Made by a program: the position numbers and the translations under genes. The notes under the pieces were generated by a model. That model saw only the letters and a list, made by a program, of their open reading frames with translations. It was not told the origin of the DNA and did not search any database. A stretch of 64,000 nucleotides of DNA from a candidate division FCPU426 bacterium (GTDB taxonomy: Bacteria; Oederibacteriota; Muellerivitia; Muellerivitales; Muellerivitaceae), in the NCBI GenBank assembly GCA_963830915.1, contig CAWHOE010000005.1, positions 20,004 through 84,003 of the forward strand, written 5' to 3'. Below, piece after piece: positions 40,451 to 53,062 of this stretch (positions are counted from its first letter, which is position 1; each line of letters begins with the position of its first letter).

Positions 40451-42766
40451 TTAGAAAAGATCCCCCAGGTTGAAATGCAGCACCCCGCCCGGAGGGGCGG
40501 CCGCGGCGGACAGATGGGACGCGACCGGCCAGCCGTAATCCAGCCGGATGGCCATGACCGTTCCTGGGATGGTCAGGCGGAAACCCAGCCCGGACCCGAA
40601 TTGCACTTGGGATTCGTCCAGGTTCCAGACGTTGCTCCAGGAATCGCCCGCGTCGAAGAAGACCACGAAGCGGAGGGGCCCGGCGATGGCGTGTTTCAAC
40701 TCCGTGTTGGAAACGAACAGGGCGTTCCCTCCCGCCACCGGTCCCACGCTGCGCTCGTTGTAACCGCGGATGGTGTCGGTGCCGCCGGCGTAGAACTTCT
40801 CGTAGATCGGAACGTCCGTGTAGCCCCGTCCGGCGAACCAGTAACCCTGGGCCGCGCCGAAGCGGACATGCTCTCCCAGGACGAAACCCTGGGGAAGGGC
40901 GATGAAATGGCTGGTGTCCTCGATCTCCTTGATGAAGTTGGTGTCCATGCCCAGGGGACCGCCCGCGAACTCGATGGAGAACTGATGCTTCCATCCCGAG
41001 GTCGGGTCGAAATAGTTGTCCCGGCTGTCATAGACGATGCGGGGCGTGATACTGGACGTGGTGCTGTTGGAGGATTGGATGTACTGGGCGGTCCCGGGGA
41101 TGTTGTAATAGGGACCCACGTCGTAGATCCGGACCCTTTCCAACAGGTAAGCCCCGAAGATGCTCCAGTAACGGTCCAAACGCCTTCCCACCGTGATGGT
41201 ACCCCCCAGCCGTTCCTCGGTATAGAACTGGGTCGACCCATAGGTCGGGTCCGCCACGGCGTTCGTGTAGATCTGGGTCGTGTAGAAAACATCCAACCCG
41301 AAAGAGGTGCGGGTATTGAAAAGCCAGGGTTCGGTGAAACCGATATCGAAGCTGGTCTGGGAACCGCCGAATTGGACGTTCAGGCTGGCCCTCTGGCCTT
41401 TCCCGAACAGGTTGTCCTCGGAAAGCTTGACGTTGCCCACGAAGCCATCCACCGAGCTGTAACCGCCGCCCAGGCTGATGGAGCCGGTCCGTCTTTCCTT
41501 GACCCGGAAGATCAGGACTTCCTTGCCAGGCGTGTCGCCCGGTTCGACCTCCGGATTGACCTCGTCGAAGAACCCCAGGTTGTAAAGATTCTGGGCGGAT
41601 AAACGGATCTTGTCCGCCTCGAACTTATCCCCCGCGTTGATGACCAACTCCCGGCGGATGACATAGTCCCGGGTCTTGTAGTTCCCGACGATCTTGACAT
41701 CCTGGACATAGGCCACCTGGCCCTCGGTGATCTCGAAAGTGATATCGGTCTTTTTCAACTCGTCGTCATAGGTGATGGTGGGGACGATATTGGAATAGAT
41801 ATAACCCTTATCGGCGTAGAGGGTCTTCATCTTCTTTTCGCCGTCATCCAGGTCGTTCTTATGGAGGATGTCGCCTTTTTTCAGGCCCAAGGCCTTGTTC
41901 AAGTCGTCATCATCGAAGACCACGTTGCCGTGGAATTGGGCCGTTCCCATCGTGTATTGGGACCCTTCCTTGACGGTCAGGAATATATAGACCTTCTTCC
42001 TCTCCTCGACCACTTTCTCGGCGTGGCTCAACACCACGGCCTTGAGATAGCCCTCGTTATGATAAAAGTCCTCGATCTGCTTGATCCCGTCCGCGATCAG
42101 GTCCGGCTTGTACTTATCGCCCTCATGATTGTCCTTCATCTGGTTGGCCACTTTTTTCCCGCTGAAAACCTCCGCGCCCTTCACGATCACCCCGCCCACC
42201 TTGATCTCCGAACCCTCGGTGATCTGGAAGGTCAGGGTCTCCTTGTTGGTCTCCGGGTCCAGCTGGTCCTTGGCCGATACCATGACCGAGGAGTAACCCT
42301 CGTCCAGGTATAATTTCTTGATGATCTCGATATCGCCGTTCACCTTGGATTGATCGAAGGCCGTTTCCGGGGCGGTCTTGATCTCCTCCAGGAACTTTTT
42401 GGAATCCCACTTCTTGTTCCCGGCGAAAATGATCTTGCTGATGAGGGGTCTTTCCTCCACCGTGAAGGTCACGACGATCTCGCCCAGCTTGTCGGCCGGG
42501 GTGACCGTCACCTTGACGTTCTTGAAGCTTCCGGTCGCGAAAAGATTATGGATGTCCATCCGGGCGCGGCGAAGGGAGAACAGGTCCCCTTCCTTTTCCA
42601 CCAAGTGGCCGAAAATGACCAGGGTCGAGACGTTCTTGTTCCCCTCGATCTTGACCGCGGCGATCTTTCCCAGTTCGGGGTCGACCTGGGCGAAAGCCGA
42701 AGCCGTCATCAGGCAGCACCAGAAAAAAAGCCAAAGGATGGCGCGTTTGTTGAAGAAAAAAGACAA
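40451..42766 (-). CDS. bamA: Outer membrane protein assembly factor BamA
   Basis: POTRA repeats, TGSISLGGGYS, NLFGKGQ, IRGY, C-terminal F. Confidence 0.92.
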   Translation of the reverse strand: MSFFFNKRAILWLFFWCCLMTASAFAQVDPELGKIAAVKIEGNKNVSTLVIFGHLVEKEGDLFSLRRARMDIHNLFATGSFKNVKVTVTPADKLGEIVVTFTVEERPLISKIIFAGNKKWDSKKFLEEIKTAPETAFDQSKVNGDIEIIKKLYLDEGYSSVMVSAKDQLDPETNKETLTFQITEGSEIKVGGVIVKGAEVFSGKKVANQMKDNHEGDKYKPDLIADGIKQIEDFYHNEGYLKAVVLSHAEKVVEERKKVYIFLTVKEGSQYTMGTAQFHGNVVFDDDDLNKALGLKKGDILHKNDLDDGEKKMKTLYADKGYIYSNIVPTITYDDELKKTDITFEITEGQVAYVQDVKIVGNYKTRDYVIRRELVINAGDKFEADKIRLSAQNLYNLGFFDEVNPEVEPGDTPGKEVLIFRVKERRTGSISLGGGYSSVDGFVGNVKLSEDNLFGKGQRASLNVQFGGSQTSFDIGFTEPWLFNTRTSFGLDVFYTTQIYTNAVADPTYGSTQFYTEERLGGTITVGRRLDRYWSIFGAYLLERVRIYDVGPYYNIPGTAQYIQSSNSTTSSITPRIVYDSRDNYFDPTSGWKHQFSIEFAGGPLGMDTNFIKEIEDTSHFIALPQGFVLGEHVRFGAAQGYWFAGRGYTDVPIYEKFYAGGTDTIRGYNERSVGPVAGGNALFVSNTELKHAIAGPLRFVVFFDAGDSWSNVWNLDESQVQFGSGLGFRLTIPGTVMAIRLDYGWPVASHLSAAAAPPGGVLHFNLGDLF

Positions 42767-42962
42767 AAGGATCCCTCCGAATGAATGTGTTCACCAGCCC
42801 AAAAGAGGCGGTTTCCTGGCGAGCAAAGGGGCGTATTCTAGCATGGTCAAAGTTAAATCGGCAATTGATTAACCAACATTGTTTGGACGTTTGAGGGGCT
42901 TGAAACGGGCATTGGGAGGAAAGAAACAACGCCGAAACACTATCCTGAGTTTTAAGCCGTTA

Positions 42963-45900
42963 TCACTCGGTCGCGGTGGAAACTTTGCGCTCGTCGACGA
43001 CCTCATTGCCGTTGGGATCCCTCGCCACGAGCTGGATCCGATAATCCGATTCGGGTTTCAACCCATCGACCGCCATCTGATGGTCGTAGGTATAGTCGTC
43101 CGTCTCGTCCTTCGTCTTGGCCTCATTCCCATCCGCGTCCAGTATCCGGACCTTGGCCTTGGTGATCTTATCCGTCTCCCAAACGATCTGGACCTTGTCG
43201 AAACCAAGCACCCAGACGTCGAAGCGCATGATACGGGGCCGGGTCGTATCCCCCGGTTTCGCCCCCTTGATATCCGGCAAGGAGGTGTGAAAGGCGATCT
43301 CCGCCTTGGTCTCCTGTTGTCCGTCATCCCGTTCGCCGGTCATGGCGTTGACCGAAAGGTCCTTGGTGAAATCATACTTGAGCCCCAATTGCCCTTGGAT
43401 CCCCGCCTGATCGGTCACCAGGTTGTGATTGAGCCCCACATTGGTCTGGATGGACAGGTTCTGGTTCAAATATTTGCTCAGCTGCAATTGAAAGATGGGA
43501 GCGGCCGCGGCCAGGGTGTTCCCGGTGTTCTCCGGGACGATCTGGTTATAACCAGGACCCGTTGTCACGCCTGAGTTGTTCCCGCCCAGGAGATAGGAAG
43601 CGGCGTTGCTCTTGACGTCCAATTCCACCCCCCCGAAAGCCTGGAGGACCGGCCGCAAGCTGGTATTGACGTAATTCGACGCGACCCTATTCAGGGCGTC
43701 CTCCGCGGCCTGGGTGGCCACCCCGCCCAAGTCCTGGTATTTCTGTTCCAATACCGTCTTGGAATAACCGGTCATGTCCCGGCCGAACATGATGTAGGAC
43801 AGAAGCATGTTCTGCTGGATCTCCTTGTCCGTCGTGCTGAAGCGGGGATTGGAATCCAGGGTGAAGCCGATATTGCCGAACGTCCCTTTGAAATCCACCC
43901 AAATATCCATGTCGGTCGTCCGGATCCCGGCCGTCGTCACGATCTGAACGTCCTTCAATTTATCCGTGGCCCGTCCCCTCATGGTCGGCAAAGCTCCGAT
44001 GGGGATATACAGGGACGCCTCTTCCAACTTGAACTCATGCCCCAGGTAACGCAGCCACCCTTGCTTGGAGCCGAGGGATTCCCCATGGCTCTTGATCCCG
44101 GCTTCCTCCGGCGTCTTGTCCGCGTCCCGTCCCTCGATCTTGATCTCCGCGCCCGGATCCACCTTGAGTTCCAGATAATTGGTGTTGAACTCGTTGGAGT
44201 ACCAGCAATTCTTCCCGGACCGAAGGGTCAGATCGAACCGGACCCCGGCCAACTCCTTGTAATCGATGGCTTGGCCGTGCTCATCCACGGCCGCGATGGC
44301 CGGGAAAGTATAATGCCCCGAATCCAAAAGGGCGGTCCCGATGACCTTCGGCTCGGACATGGGTCCCTCGATCCGCAAGGGCACATCGGGGGTTTGGCCG
44401 TAGAAATAGATCTCGCCCCATTCCCCCTTGCGCATGATGCAGGGGACATTGAGCCAAAGGCCGTGGTCGCCGACCGTGATGACCTGAACGTCGATATATT
44501 TGGGGATGAAATTTTCCAACACCATCTTGGTCTGGTCGATGGGGGGCGACGTGATGAAGACCCGGCCCTGGCCGATCCTGCCGTTCAAGTCCTGGATGAC
44601 CAGCTTGTTATCCCTCACCTTGATCCGGCCACTGATATCCTCGATGGATTGGGCCACCATGCTGGGCACCATCTGGCATTCTTTCAGGTCCAGGTCCATG
44701 GTCAAGACCGGGTCGTCCATCGTCCCGCCCACATGGGCGTTGAAATCCATGGAGCCCGAGGCTTTCTTGGCCAGGCCCGCCAGCAGGATCAAGCTGAAAT
44801 CGCCCTTGTCCATCGTCGCGTTGATGTCCATTTCCTCATTGCGGACCTTGACCAGGCCCGGCGCCGAGAGGGCGAAGGGTGTTTTGCCGTAGACCTGGAA
44901 ACTGTAAACGCCCCTCCGGCTGATCTCCAAGGGGGTCGACTTGTTCCCCAGATAAAGGGTGTTGTCCCGGGATTTAAGGTTCCCGTCCAACAGATCGAAA
45001 TTCAGGTCGCCGACCTTTCCATTGGCCACGGAAAAGGAAGCGGTCAGGATGGGATCGTTCAGATTGCCGTCAAAGATGACGTGGTAATTGCCTGTCCCGC
45101 TGACCGGGAAATCGGAGAAGAACCATTTCCCCACTTCCTCGATGGGGATCTTCCCCGCGTCCGAGGTCAAGTGGCTCTGGCCGTCCAGGTCCAATGTCCC
45201 GTCGACCGAGAAAGTCCCGGTGGAATGGAGCAGTTGGATATTGTTGAAGATGATCTTCCGGTCCTGGGAAAGGTCCAACTGGCCGACCAGTTGGGGTTGG
45301 TCGTTGTCCAGCGGGGTCAATTTGATCACTTTCTTGTCGATCCTCGCGGCCAGGACGAAAGGGGTGGATTTTTTGGGGTCCGTTCCGGATTCCAGGAAGG
45401 ACAATTGGCCCTCGAAGGTGGGCCGGTCATCCTTGGGTTCCAAGGACAACTTGCCCGCCAGCCGGATCTGGCTGGACATATTGAAGATGCCCGCGATCGG
45501 CAGGTTCTGGGTGGTCCCGGAAAGGTCGATCGAATAGAGCCCTGGGTCGTTGGGATCCAGGATCACGGTCCCCTTGTCGATATCGATCCGACCTTTGGCA
45601 AGGGTGACCCGGTTCTTGTCCAGGCTGATCTTCCCCCCGCCCATGGAAAAATGGAGTTCCGCGGTGGGCACGATATTATTGTCGAAACGCAGATTCTCCC
45701 CCGTCATGGAAAAAGCGACTTCAGGGCCCGTCCAGGTCCCGGAGATCGCCAGGTTGCCCTCCACATCGCCGCCCACCCGGTGATTTTCGGTCGAGACATT
45801 CAAGAGGGACAGGATGTTCAGCAATTTTTCCCCATGGACCGGGCCGTTCAGGTCTATCTTGCAACCCGGGTCCCATATGGCCGAGGGGGATTCCAGCGTC

Positions 45901-48801
45901 CCCTCCAAGGAATACCTCGCCTTATCCTTTTCCAGGACCAGGGAGGGGGAAATTTTCTTTTTGTCCCCTGAGAATTTCAGTTCCAGCTTATCGAAATTGT
46001 ATTTTTCGATCTTGCCATCGGCCACCAGGATGTCCCCCGATAAGGGAAGGCTGTCGAAGGTTCCCTTCTCCAGTTTAACCTGGCCCGAAACGGTCCCTGA
46101 AACCTTGGCGGTCGGCGGGAGGAATTGGGCCAGTTCGGGCATCTCGTACAAAAGGACGGGTTCGATCTTGAGATCGGCCTGGACCTGGGCGGCGGGCTGG
46201 GAAAAATCAAGGACCGCCGAACCGGAGAGGGTTTTTCCCATCCTCAATTTTCCGTGAAGGACCGAGTCCTTGCAGGACGCGTTCATGAAGAAATCGTTGA
46301 AATGATAGAACTTCTTTTTAGGGTCGCCGATACCGATGGCGTCAGAGGAAAAGGTCCCCTCCCAATTCTTCCACCAGGGGTCGCCTGTTTTCGCTTTCCA
46401 ATCGAAATCACCGTTGAGAAAGGGACCTTTACCCAGCTGGAAATCCTTGGCGGCGAAACGCAGTTCCATGACCCCGGGATTGGACCGGCTATCCCAGGAC
46501 CCTGTGGCTAAAAGGGAGTTCTTCCCCTGGAGGATCTTGAGCTTTCGGATTCTGCAGTTTTCCCTGGTCCAGGTTCAAAAGACCCTCGACCTCATCCGCC
46601 CACCAATCCCCGACCTTCAGCGAGGTCACCAACCCGTCCCCCTCCACGACCGGATTGTCCCGTACCCCGGTGCAATGGATGCGGCCGGTGAACCAGCCCA
46701 GGAAAGGCTGGGGAGGGTTATTCCATCCGCTCAAGGCCGCCACGTCCCCGATCTCCACACCCTGGGCTTGGACCTTCAGGTCTTGGGGCGCGTCCGGCCC
46801 GGAAAAATTCAAATAACCGGAAACATTGAGGATGTCCCCGACTTCCAGCCTTTTGAAATCAAGTTTGCCGTCGTTCCAGGTCAACTCCCCGGTCATGGGT
46901 TTAGGGGGTAACTTGCCCAAGCCCAGTTTGTCCGAGGAGAAGGACAGACCGGCGACCAGGTCCTTCCGGGTGCCGGACAGGAAACCGTCCAGTTTGATCG
47001 AACCGGACACATCGGGGAACTGGTCGTTGAAGACCGGAAGATCCTGGAGGGAGATGTTCTTTCCGGAGAATTTGATGTCGATCGGCTGGTCCATGCCCTT
47101 GGGCCAGGAGCCGCCCCCGCTCAGGGACATTTTTTTCGTCACGCCCTTCTTGGTCACCAGGAGCTCCAGCTGGTCCATTTGCCAGGAGTCCGCTTTTTCG
47201 GTGAAATGGCTCGTTAACTTGGCTTTGCCGTTGATGGTGGAAACGACGCTCAAACCGCCCTGGTTGAACTCGATATTGTTCTTCATCGAGTACTGGAACG
47301 CCGTGTTGCGCAAGGTCCGGGTCAGGTCCATGGAATTGGTGATGGAATAGGTGGGGTTCATGACCGTACCGCTGATCCGGACCTGGGCTTCCCCCTGGCC
47401 TTCCATGCTTTGGATACCGAAAGCGGCGGCCAGTTGCTTCGCGTCCAGCCCGGTCAGGTCGGCCTGGAAAGAGATGGGCGCGTCTTCCTGACCGCTGAGG
47501 CGCATGTTCCCTTGGGCCGTGAATTGGCCCTTGTAGAGCTTTCCCGCGACCTCCTGGAGATCCAATTGGCCCTCCGAGTAGGTGCCCCTCACCGTGAGGG
47601 AATCCATTTGAAGGTTCGCCACATGGGACAGGCCCAACTCCGCCTCGCCCGCGATGAGCGGATGTTGGAAGGAACCGGCGACCATCAGGGACGCCCTTCC
47701 ATTGCCGTCGCTGTTGAGGTTCTTGAGCTTGAGGATATCCCTCAGCAGGCTGGACAGATAAAGGTTATCCGTGCGGGTCTGGACGGACAGGGCCCGGTTG
47801 TCGAATGGAAGCATCCCCGAGGCGGTCCACTTGGTCTCACCCACGTTCAGTACGACCTCCCCGGGAACATTGATCTCGGTCGGCCGAACGAATGCCCGGC
47901 CATTGACATGGGAGAAGACCACCCCGATCGGTCCGGGGGCCACGACCGAGGCGTCATGGATATCGGTCTTGGCGTCGAACCAGAGGCCCCGCCCGGGTTG
48001 GAACACGATCGGGCTTTCGGCGGTCAGGGTACCCGCGGTCAACTGCCAACCGGCCAGGTCCTTCATGACCGCGCCCGTCTCGGTCAAGGGCCATTGGTCC
48101 AAGGAAGCGCGGCCGGAGATCTTGAGGGTATCCAGATGGAGGCTTCCGTTGAAATTCAACTCACCCTGGCTCAGGGGGTCGGCAGGATGGGCCTGGAATA
48201 CCAAGGACCATCCCGTGCCATCCACGGAGGAAGCCTCGAAATTCACCTGCGTGAGCAGGCCTTGGGGTTTCTTGCCGGCCTGGATGAAGAAGGCTCCTTG
48301 TTTGACGAAAACCTTGGGGGCCGGCTTCATCGAGGAGGGGATCTTGAATGGCGCCGATGGATTCGACGGAACTTGGGTCTGGGAAACTGGCTGGGCGGCG
48401 GATGATTCGGGCTCGAGCCGGACCAGGGTCACGTTAGGGCGGATCAGGGCGAGGCTCTGGAAACAGCTTTCCAGGTCCTTTTTTTTGAACAGGAGGTCGA
48501 ATAAACGGAGGTTGACCGCCACCTGGTCGATCCGAAGTTGGGTGGTCCAGGGATGGCCCGGCAGATCGGCCGAGACATGGTTCAGGATCACGTCCCCGGT
48601 CAAACCGCCCCGGACGGTCTGGATGGAAACAGGGGCCTGGAGAACCTTGGTCAGTTCCCTTTCGACCAGCGGACGCAGCTGGTTGTCCACCAGGCGGTTG
48701 AAGAGGAAGTAGACCCCTCCCAACCCGGCCAGGACCGCCAGGGTCACCCGAAGCCATTTGATCCCCCGCGGCTTCGTGCCCATCGGAGAACCTCGATTCA
48801 A
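42963..48801 (-). CDS. Large TamB/AsmA-like protein with C-terminal FN3-like domain (frameshift at about 46550)
   Basis: N-terminal TM anchor; repeated beta segments with GTxxxP motifs; two ORFs join after deleting one A in CAGAATCC; directly upstream of bamA. Confidence 0.75.
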
Positions 48802-51249
48802 ACGGAGGCTGGGGACGCGGGTAAGTTATCCTTGACCGAAAATACCAGTTTGTCCCCGGCAGATTTGAGCAACAGATGCTGCTTTTCCTTCACGTTGCCC
48901 CGGAGCAATTCCTCGGCGACGGCGTCCTCCACGTATTTCTGGATGGTCCGTTTCATCTGCCTGGCTCCGTAGACCTTGTCGTAACCCTTCTCGATGAGGA
49001 AATCCCGGGCCGACTGCTCCAGTTCCATGGTGATGCTCTTCTCTTTCAAGCGGGTCTGGACCTCGGTGAGCTGGATATCCACGATCTTCTCGATGTGCTC
49101 CCGGTCCAGGGGATGGAAGATGATGATGTCATCGACCCGGTTAAGGAACTCGGGGTTGAAAGCCCGCTTCAACTCGGCGTGGATTCTTCCCCTTCATGCT
49201 GTCGAAAGGCATCTCGCTGCCGCTGGAGTGGAACCCCAGGTTTTTCTCGGCCCCGATCTCGCGCGCTCCCAGGTTGCTGGTCATGATGACCACCGTGTTG
49301 CGGAAGTCCACCACCCGCCCCATGGAATCGGTCAAACGGCCGTCTTCCAGGATCTGGAGCATGACGTTGAATATCTCCGGATGGGCCTTCTCGATCTCGT
49401 CGAACAGGACCACGCTGTAAGGTTTGCGGCGGACCTTCTCGGTCAACTGCCCGCCCTCGTCATGGCCCACGTAGCCCGGGGGAGCCCCGGCCAGGCGGGA
49501 GACGTTGAATTTTTCCATGTACTCGCTCATGTCGAAACGGATAAGAGCGTCCTCATCGTCGAACAGGAACTGGGCCAAGACCCTGGCCAACTCGGTCTTC
49601 CCGACGCCCGTGGGCCCCATGAACATGAAGCTTCCGATGGGTTTCTTGGGATTCCCGATCCCGGCCCGGCTGCGGCGGATGGCCTTGGAGAGGGACTCGA
49701 TGGCCTCGTCCTGTCCCACGATGCGCTTGTGGAGCTCTTCCTCCATACGCAGGAGCTTCTCGCTTTCCTTCTCGCCCAGTTTGATCATGGGGATGCCGGT
49801 CCATTTGGAGGCGACGTAGGCGATATCTTCCCAGGTCACCAGGGCCTCTTCCTTGGACTTCATGTTCTCCCACTTCTCTTTTTCTTCCTGGAGCTTCTGG
49901 CGCATCTTCTTCATCTTGTCGCGCAGGTCGGCCGCGCGCTCGAACTCCTGGGTCTTGATGGCCTCTTCCTTTTCCTGCTTGATCCTTTCCACATCCTTTT
50001 CCAGGGTGCGGATCTCGGGAGGCATGGTGGTGATGCGCAGGCGGGTGCGACTGCCCGCCTCGTCGATCAGGTCGATGGCCTTGTCCGGCATGAATCGGCC
50101 GGAGATGTAGCGGTGGGACAGTTGGGCGGCGGCCTCGACGGCGTCGTCGGTGATCCGGACCCGGTGATGGGCCTCGTAACGGTCCCGAAGTCCCTTGATG
50201 ATCTGGATGGTCTCGTCCACCGAGGGCTCGTCCACCATGATCATCTGGAACCGGCGCTCCAGGGCGCCGTCCTTCTCGATATATTTGCGGTACTCATTGA
50301 GGGTCGTGGCCCCGATGCATTGCAGTTCCCCGCGGGCCAGGGCGGGTTTGAGCATATTGGAAGCGTCGATGGCTCCCTCGGCCGCGCCGGCGCCGACCAG
50401 GGTATGTAATTCGTCGATGAAAAGGATGACCTTGCCCGATTGGCGGATCTCGTTGATGACGGCTTTCAGGCGTTCCTCGAACTCACCGCGGTACTTGGTC
50501 CCGGCCACCAGGGCGGCCAGGTCCAGGGTCACGATCCGGCGATCCAGGAGAAGCTCAGGGACATTGCCTTCTTTTATCCTTTGGGCCAATCCTTCGGCGA
50601 TGGCGGTCTTGCCCACGCCAGGCTCCCCGATGAGGACCGGATTGTTCTTGGTGCGCCGAGAAAGGATCTGGATGACCCGTTCGATCTCGTCCTCCCGGCC
50701 GATGACCGGGTCCAGCTTTCCGTCCCTGGCCATTTGGGTCAGGTCCCGGCCGAAGGTGTCCAGGGCGGGGGTTTTGGATTTCTTCACTTGCTTGGAGAAC
50801 TTCGGGAAGGTACCGCCCAGAAGGTTGATGACCATGTCCCGGGATTTTTCGTAGGAAACGCCCAAATTTTCCAGGGCGCGCGCCGCGACCCCTTCCCCTT
50901 CCTGGATGAGGCCCAGAAGGAGATGTTCGGTGCCGATATAGTTATGCCCTAATTTCTGTGATTCTTCCGCGGCCAGTTCCAACACTTTCTTGGCCGATGG
51001 GGTGAACTGGGGATCGCCGATGGTCAAGGTATCGGATGAGGGGGTGGTCAGGTTCTCGACCTCGATGCGGACCGATTCCAGGTCCACGCCCAGGGATTCC
51101 AGGACCGCGACCGCCACTCCGCCGCCCTCCCGGATAAGACCTAATAGGAGATGTTCGGTCCCGATGAAGTTATGGTTCAGCCTGCGGGCCTCTTCCTTAG
51201 CCAGGGGATTAATGACCTTTTTAGCCCGTTCCGTGAATCTCTCAAACAT
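48798..51249 (-). CDS. clpC: ATP-dependent Clp protease ATP-binding subunit ClpC (frameshift at about 49184)
   Basis: MFERFTERA, two Clp-N repeats, [11 protein letters not shown] coiled coil, GPTGVGKT; second frame [10 protein letters not shown]. Confidence 0.95.
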
Positions 51250-51346
51250 GGATTTCTCCTTGAATTGTAAGCCTTTCAACCTATTTCAGCTTAAGTGGGT
51301 TGATAAATCAATGTAATGTCGCCGGTTTTGAGGGAGGAGGTTGTCT

Positions 51347-52408
51347 TTAAAGGGCTTCCACGCCCTTCAGGTTCATACCTAATAATCTCGCCCTTTCCAT
51401 CAGTTCCTGCTCGGGATTCAATTCCCTCGCCGCGATCTTCGCCAGATGGGCCGGTTGGATCAAGATGAGAAGACTGTTCAACTTTGGCAAGTCGATACCG
51501 GTCAATATTTTCTGCTCCACCCCCACCCGTAAGGCCGAAAGGCCGTCCAGGGATTCCTGCAAGGAGACCATTTTGGCGTTTTTCAAGGTCCCCAGGGTCC
51601 GGCAGATCCGGTCCTGGACCTTGACGCCTTCCTGGGCGAATACCGCCTTCTGGGTCTGACTCTCCACCTCTACCATTTGACGCGCGACTCTTTCCACATG
51701 ATCCACTATTTCCAGGCCTTTTTTGCCCAGGGAGGAGTGGTTGGAGATCTGGAAAAAGGCGCTGGCGATCTGGGTCGTCTCGCCCTGGAAACCCCTGACC
51801 GACAGCCCCACCTGGACGACCCCCCCGAGTATCTGGGCGATTCGGTTGGTGTAGACCAGCGAAGGAAGGTGGACCATGACACTGGCCCTCATGCCCAGAC
51901 CGATGTTGGTCGGACAGGCGGTCAGGTATCCCAGCTTGCCGTCCTTGGCGTAGGACAGGCGGGAAGCCAGGGACTGATCGATCCGGGTAATGTCTTGATA
52001 GGCCTCCTTGAGGCTCAAGCCCGTGCGGAAGATCTGGAGCCGGAGATGGTCCTCCTCGTTGACCAGGATACTGAGCCCGGTCCGGTCATCGAAGGCCACC
52101 GCCCTTTCCCCCAGGCTGGCGGCGTGTTCGGCCGAGATGATCTGATGCTCGGTCAGGAATTGGCGGTCCAGGGAGGTGATCTCGTTCAAGCGGATGAATT
52201 TCAATTTCTCGGTCTCGGGCTGGCCGGAGACCACCCGTTGCACCGCTTCCAATACCTCTTTTTGCTCGTTCGAGCTGGCGTGGTGCGGGAATTTCCGGCC
52301 GTCCAGGTTCCGGGCGAACCGGATGCGGCTCGAAACGATGACCTCGTCAAACGGGCCCTTCCGGCAGAACCATTCCTGGTTGGAAGTCAATAGTTCCTCA
52401 AAGGCCAT
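51347..52408 (-). CDS. mcsB: Protein arginine kinase McsB
   Basis: SSRIRFARN, NEEDHLR, GYLTACPTN.G.GMRASVM.HLP. Confidence 0.9.
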   Translation of the reverse strand: MAFEELLTSNQEWFCRKGPFDEVIVSSRIRFARNLDGRKFPHHASSNEQKEVLEAVQRVVSGQPETEKLKFIRLNEITSLDRQFLTEHQIISAEHAASLGERAVAFDDRTGLSILVNEEDHLRLQIFRTGLSLKEAYQDITRIDQSLASRLSYAKDGKLGYLTACPTNIGLGMRASVMVHLPSLVYTNRIAQILGGVVQVGLSVRGFQGETTQIASAFFQISNHSSLGKKGLEIVDHVERVARQMVEVESQTQKAVFAQEGVKVQDRICRTLGTLKNAKMVSLQESLDGLSALRVGVEQKILTGIDLPKLNSLLILIQPAHLAKIAARELNPEQELMERARLLGMNLKGVEAL

Positions 52409-52967
52409 GGGGCGGCTCCATATTCTTGATCTCATCCCTCAGCCGGGCCGCTTCCTCGAACTTTTCCTTCTTGATAGCTTCCTTCAATTGTTTTCGCAAG
52501 ACCTCGACCTGTGGGTTGCCGGTGGCGGGGGAATTGGCGGTCGGTCCCTCCTCGGCGGTCTGTGTTTTTTCCTCCACATGGAACACATTGCCGTGGATGT
52601 TCGAGATCAGGGGTTCCAGTACATTCTGGAACGACTCGTAACACTTGGTGCATCCCAGCCTCCCATTCTGTCGGAAGGTGGAAAGCTGGTACCCGCATTG
52701 AGGACATTGGATCTGCACATCGTTGGGTTGGTTCACGCCCAGCTCGGAAGGGACCTCCTGAATATTAGCCTCGCCCCAAGGGACAAAATGGTGGATCAAG
52801 TCCGACAGGGCGGCGAAGGGATGGAATACCGAGGAGTTCCAAATGTTATAGGACTTGGTCTGTTCCTGGGCGCAGTTCTCGCACAAGTGGGACTGAGTCG
52901 TCTCGTTCCCGACGGTTTGTGAGAAAAACACGGTCGCTGGACGCAACCCGCACTTCTGGCAGATCAT
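52398..52967 (-). CDS. mcsA: McsA (Zn-finger plus UVR domain)
   Basis: CQKC, CENC, CPQC, GRLGCTKCY, EKFEEAARLRDEI. Confidence 0.9.
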   Translation of the reverse strand: MICQKCGLRPATVFFSQTVGNETTQSHLCENCAQEQTKSYNIWNSSVFHPFAALSDLIHHFVPWGEANIQEVPSELGVNQPNDVQIQCPQCGYQLSTFRQNGRLGCTKCYESFQNVLEPLISNIHGNVFHVEEKTQTAEEGPTANSPATGNPQVEVLRKQLKEAIKKEKFEEAARLRDEIKNMEPPHGL

Positions 52968-53062
52968 TGAAGACCTCTCGCTTTAATTACCCGATAAGAT
53001 GACTAAATAGCCGTTCTATTCTAAATCCAAAGAACCAAATAAATCCTGAAAACCGCAACCCT

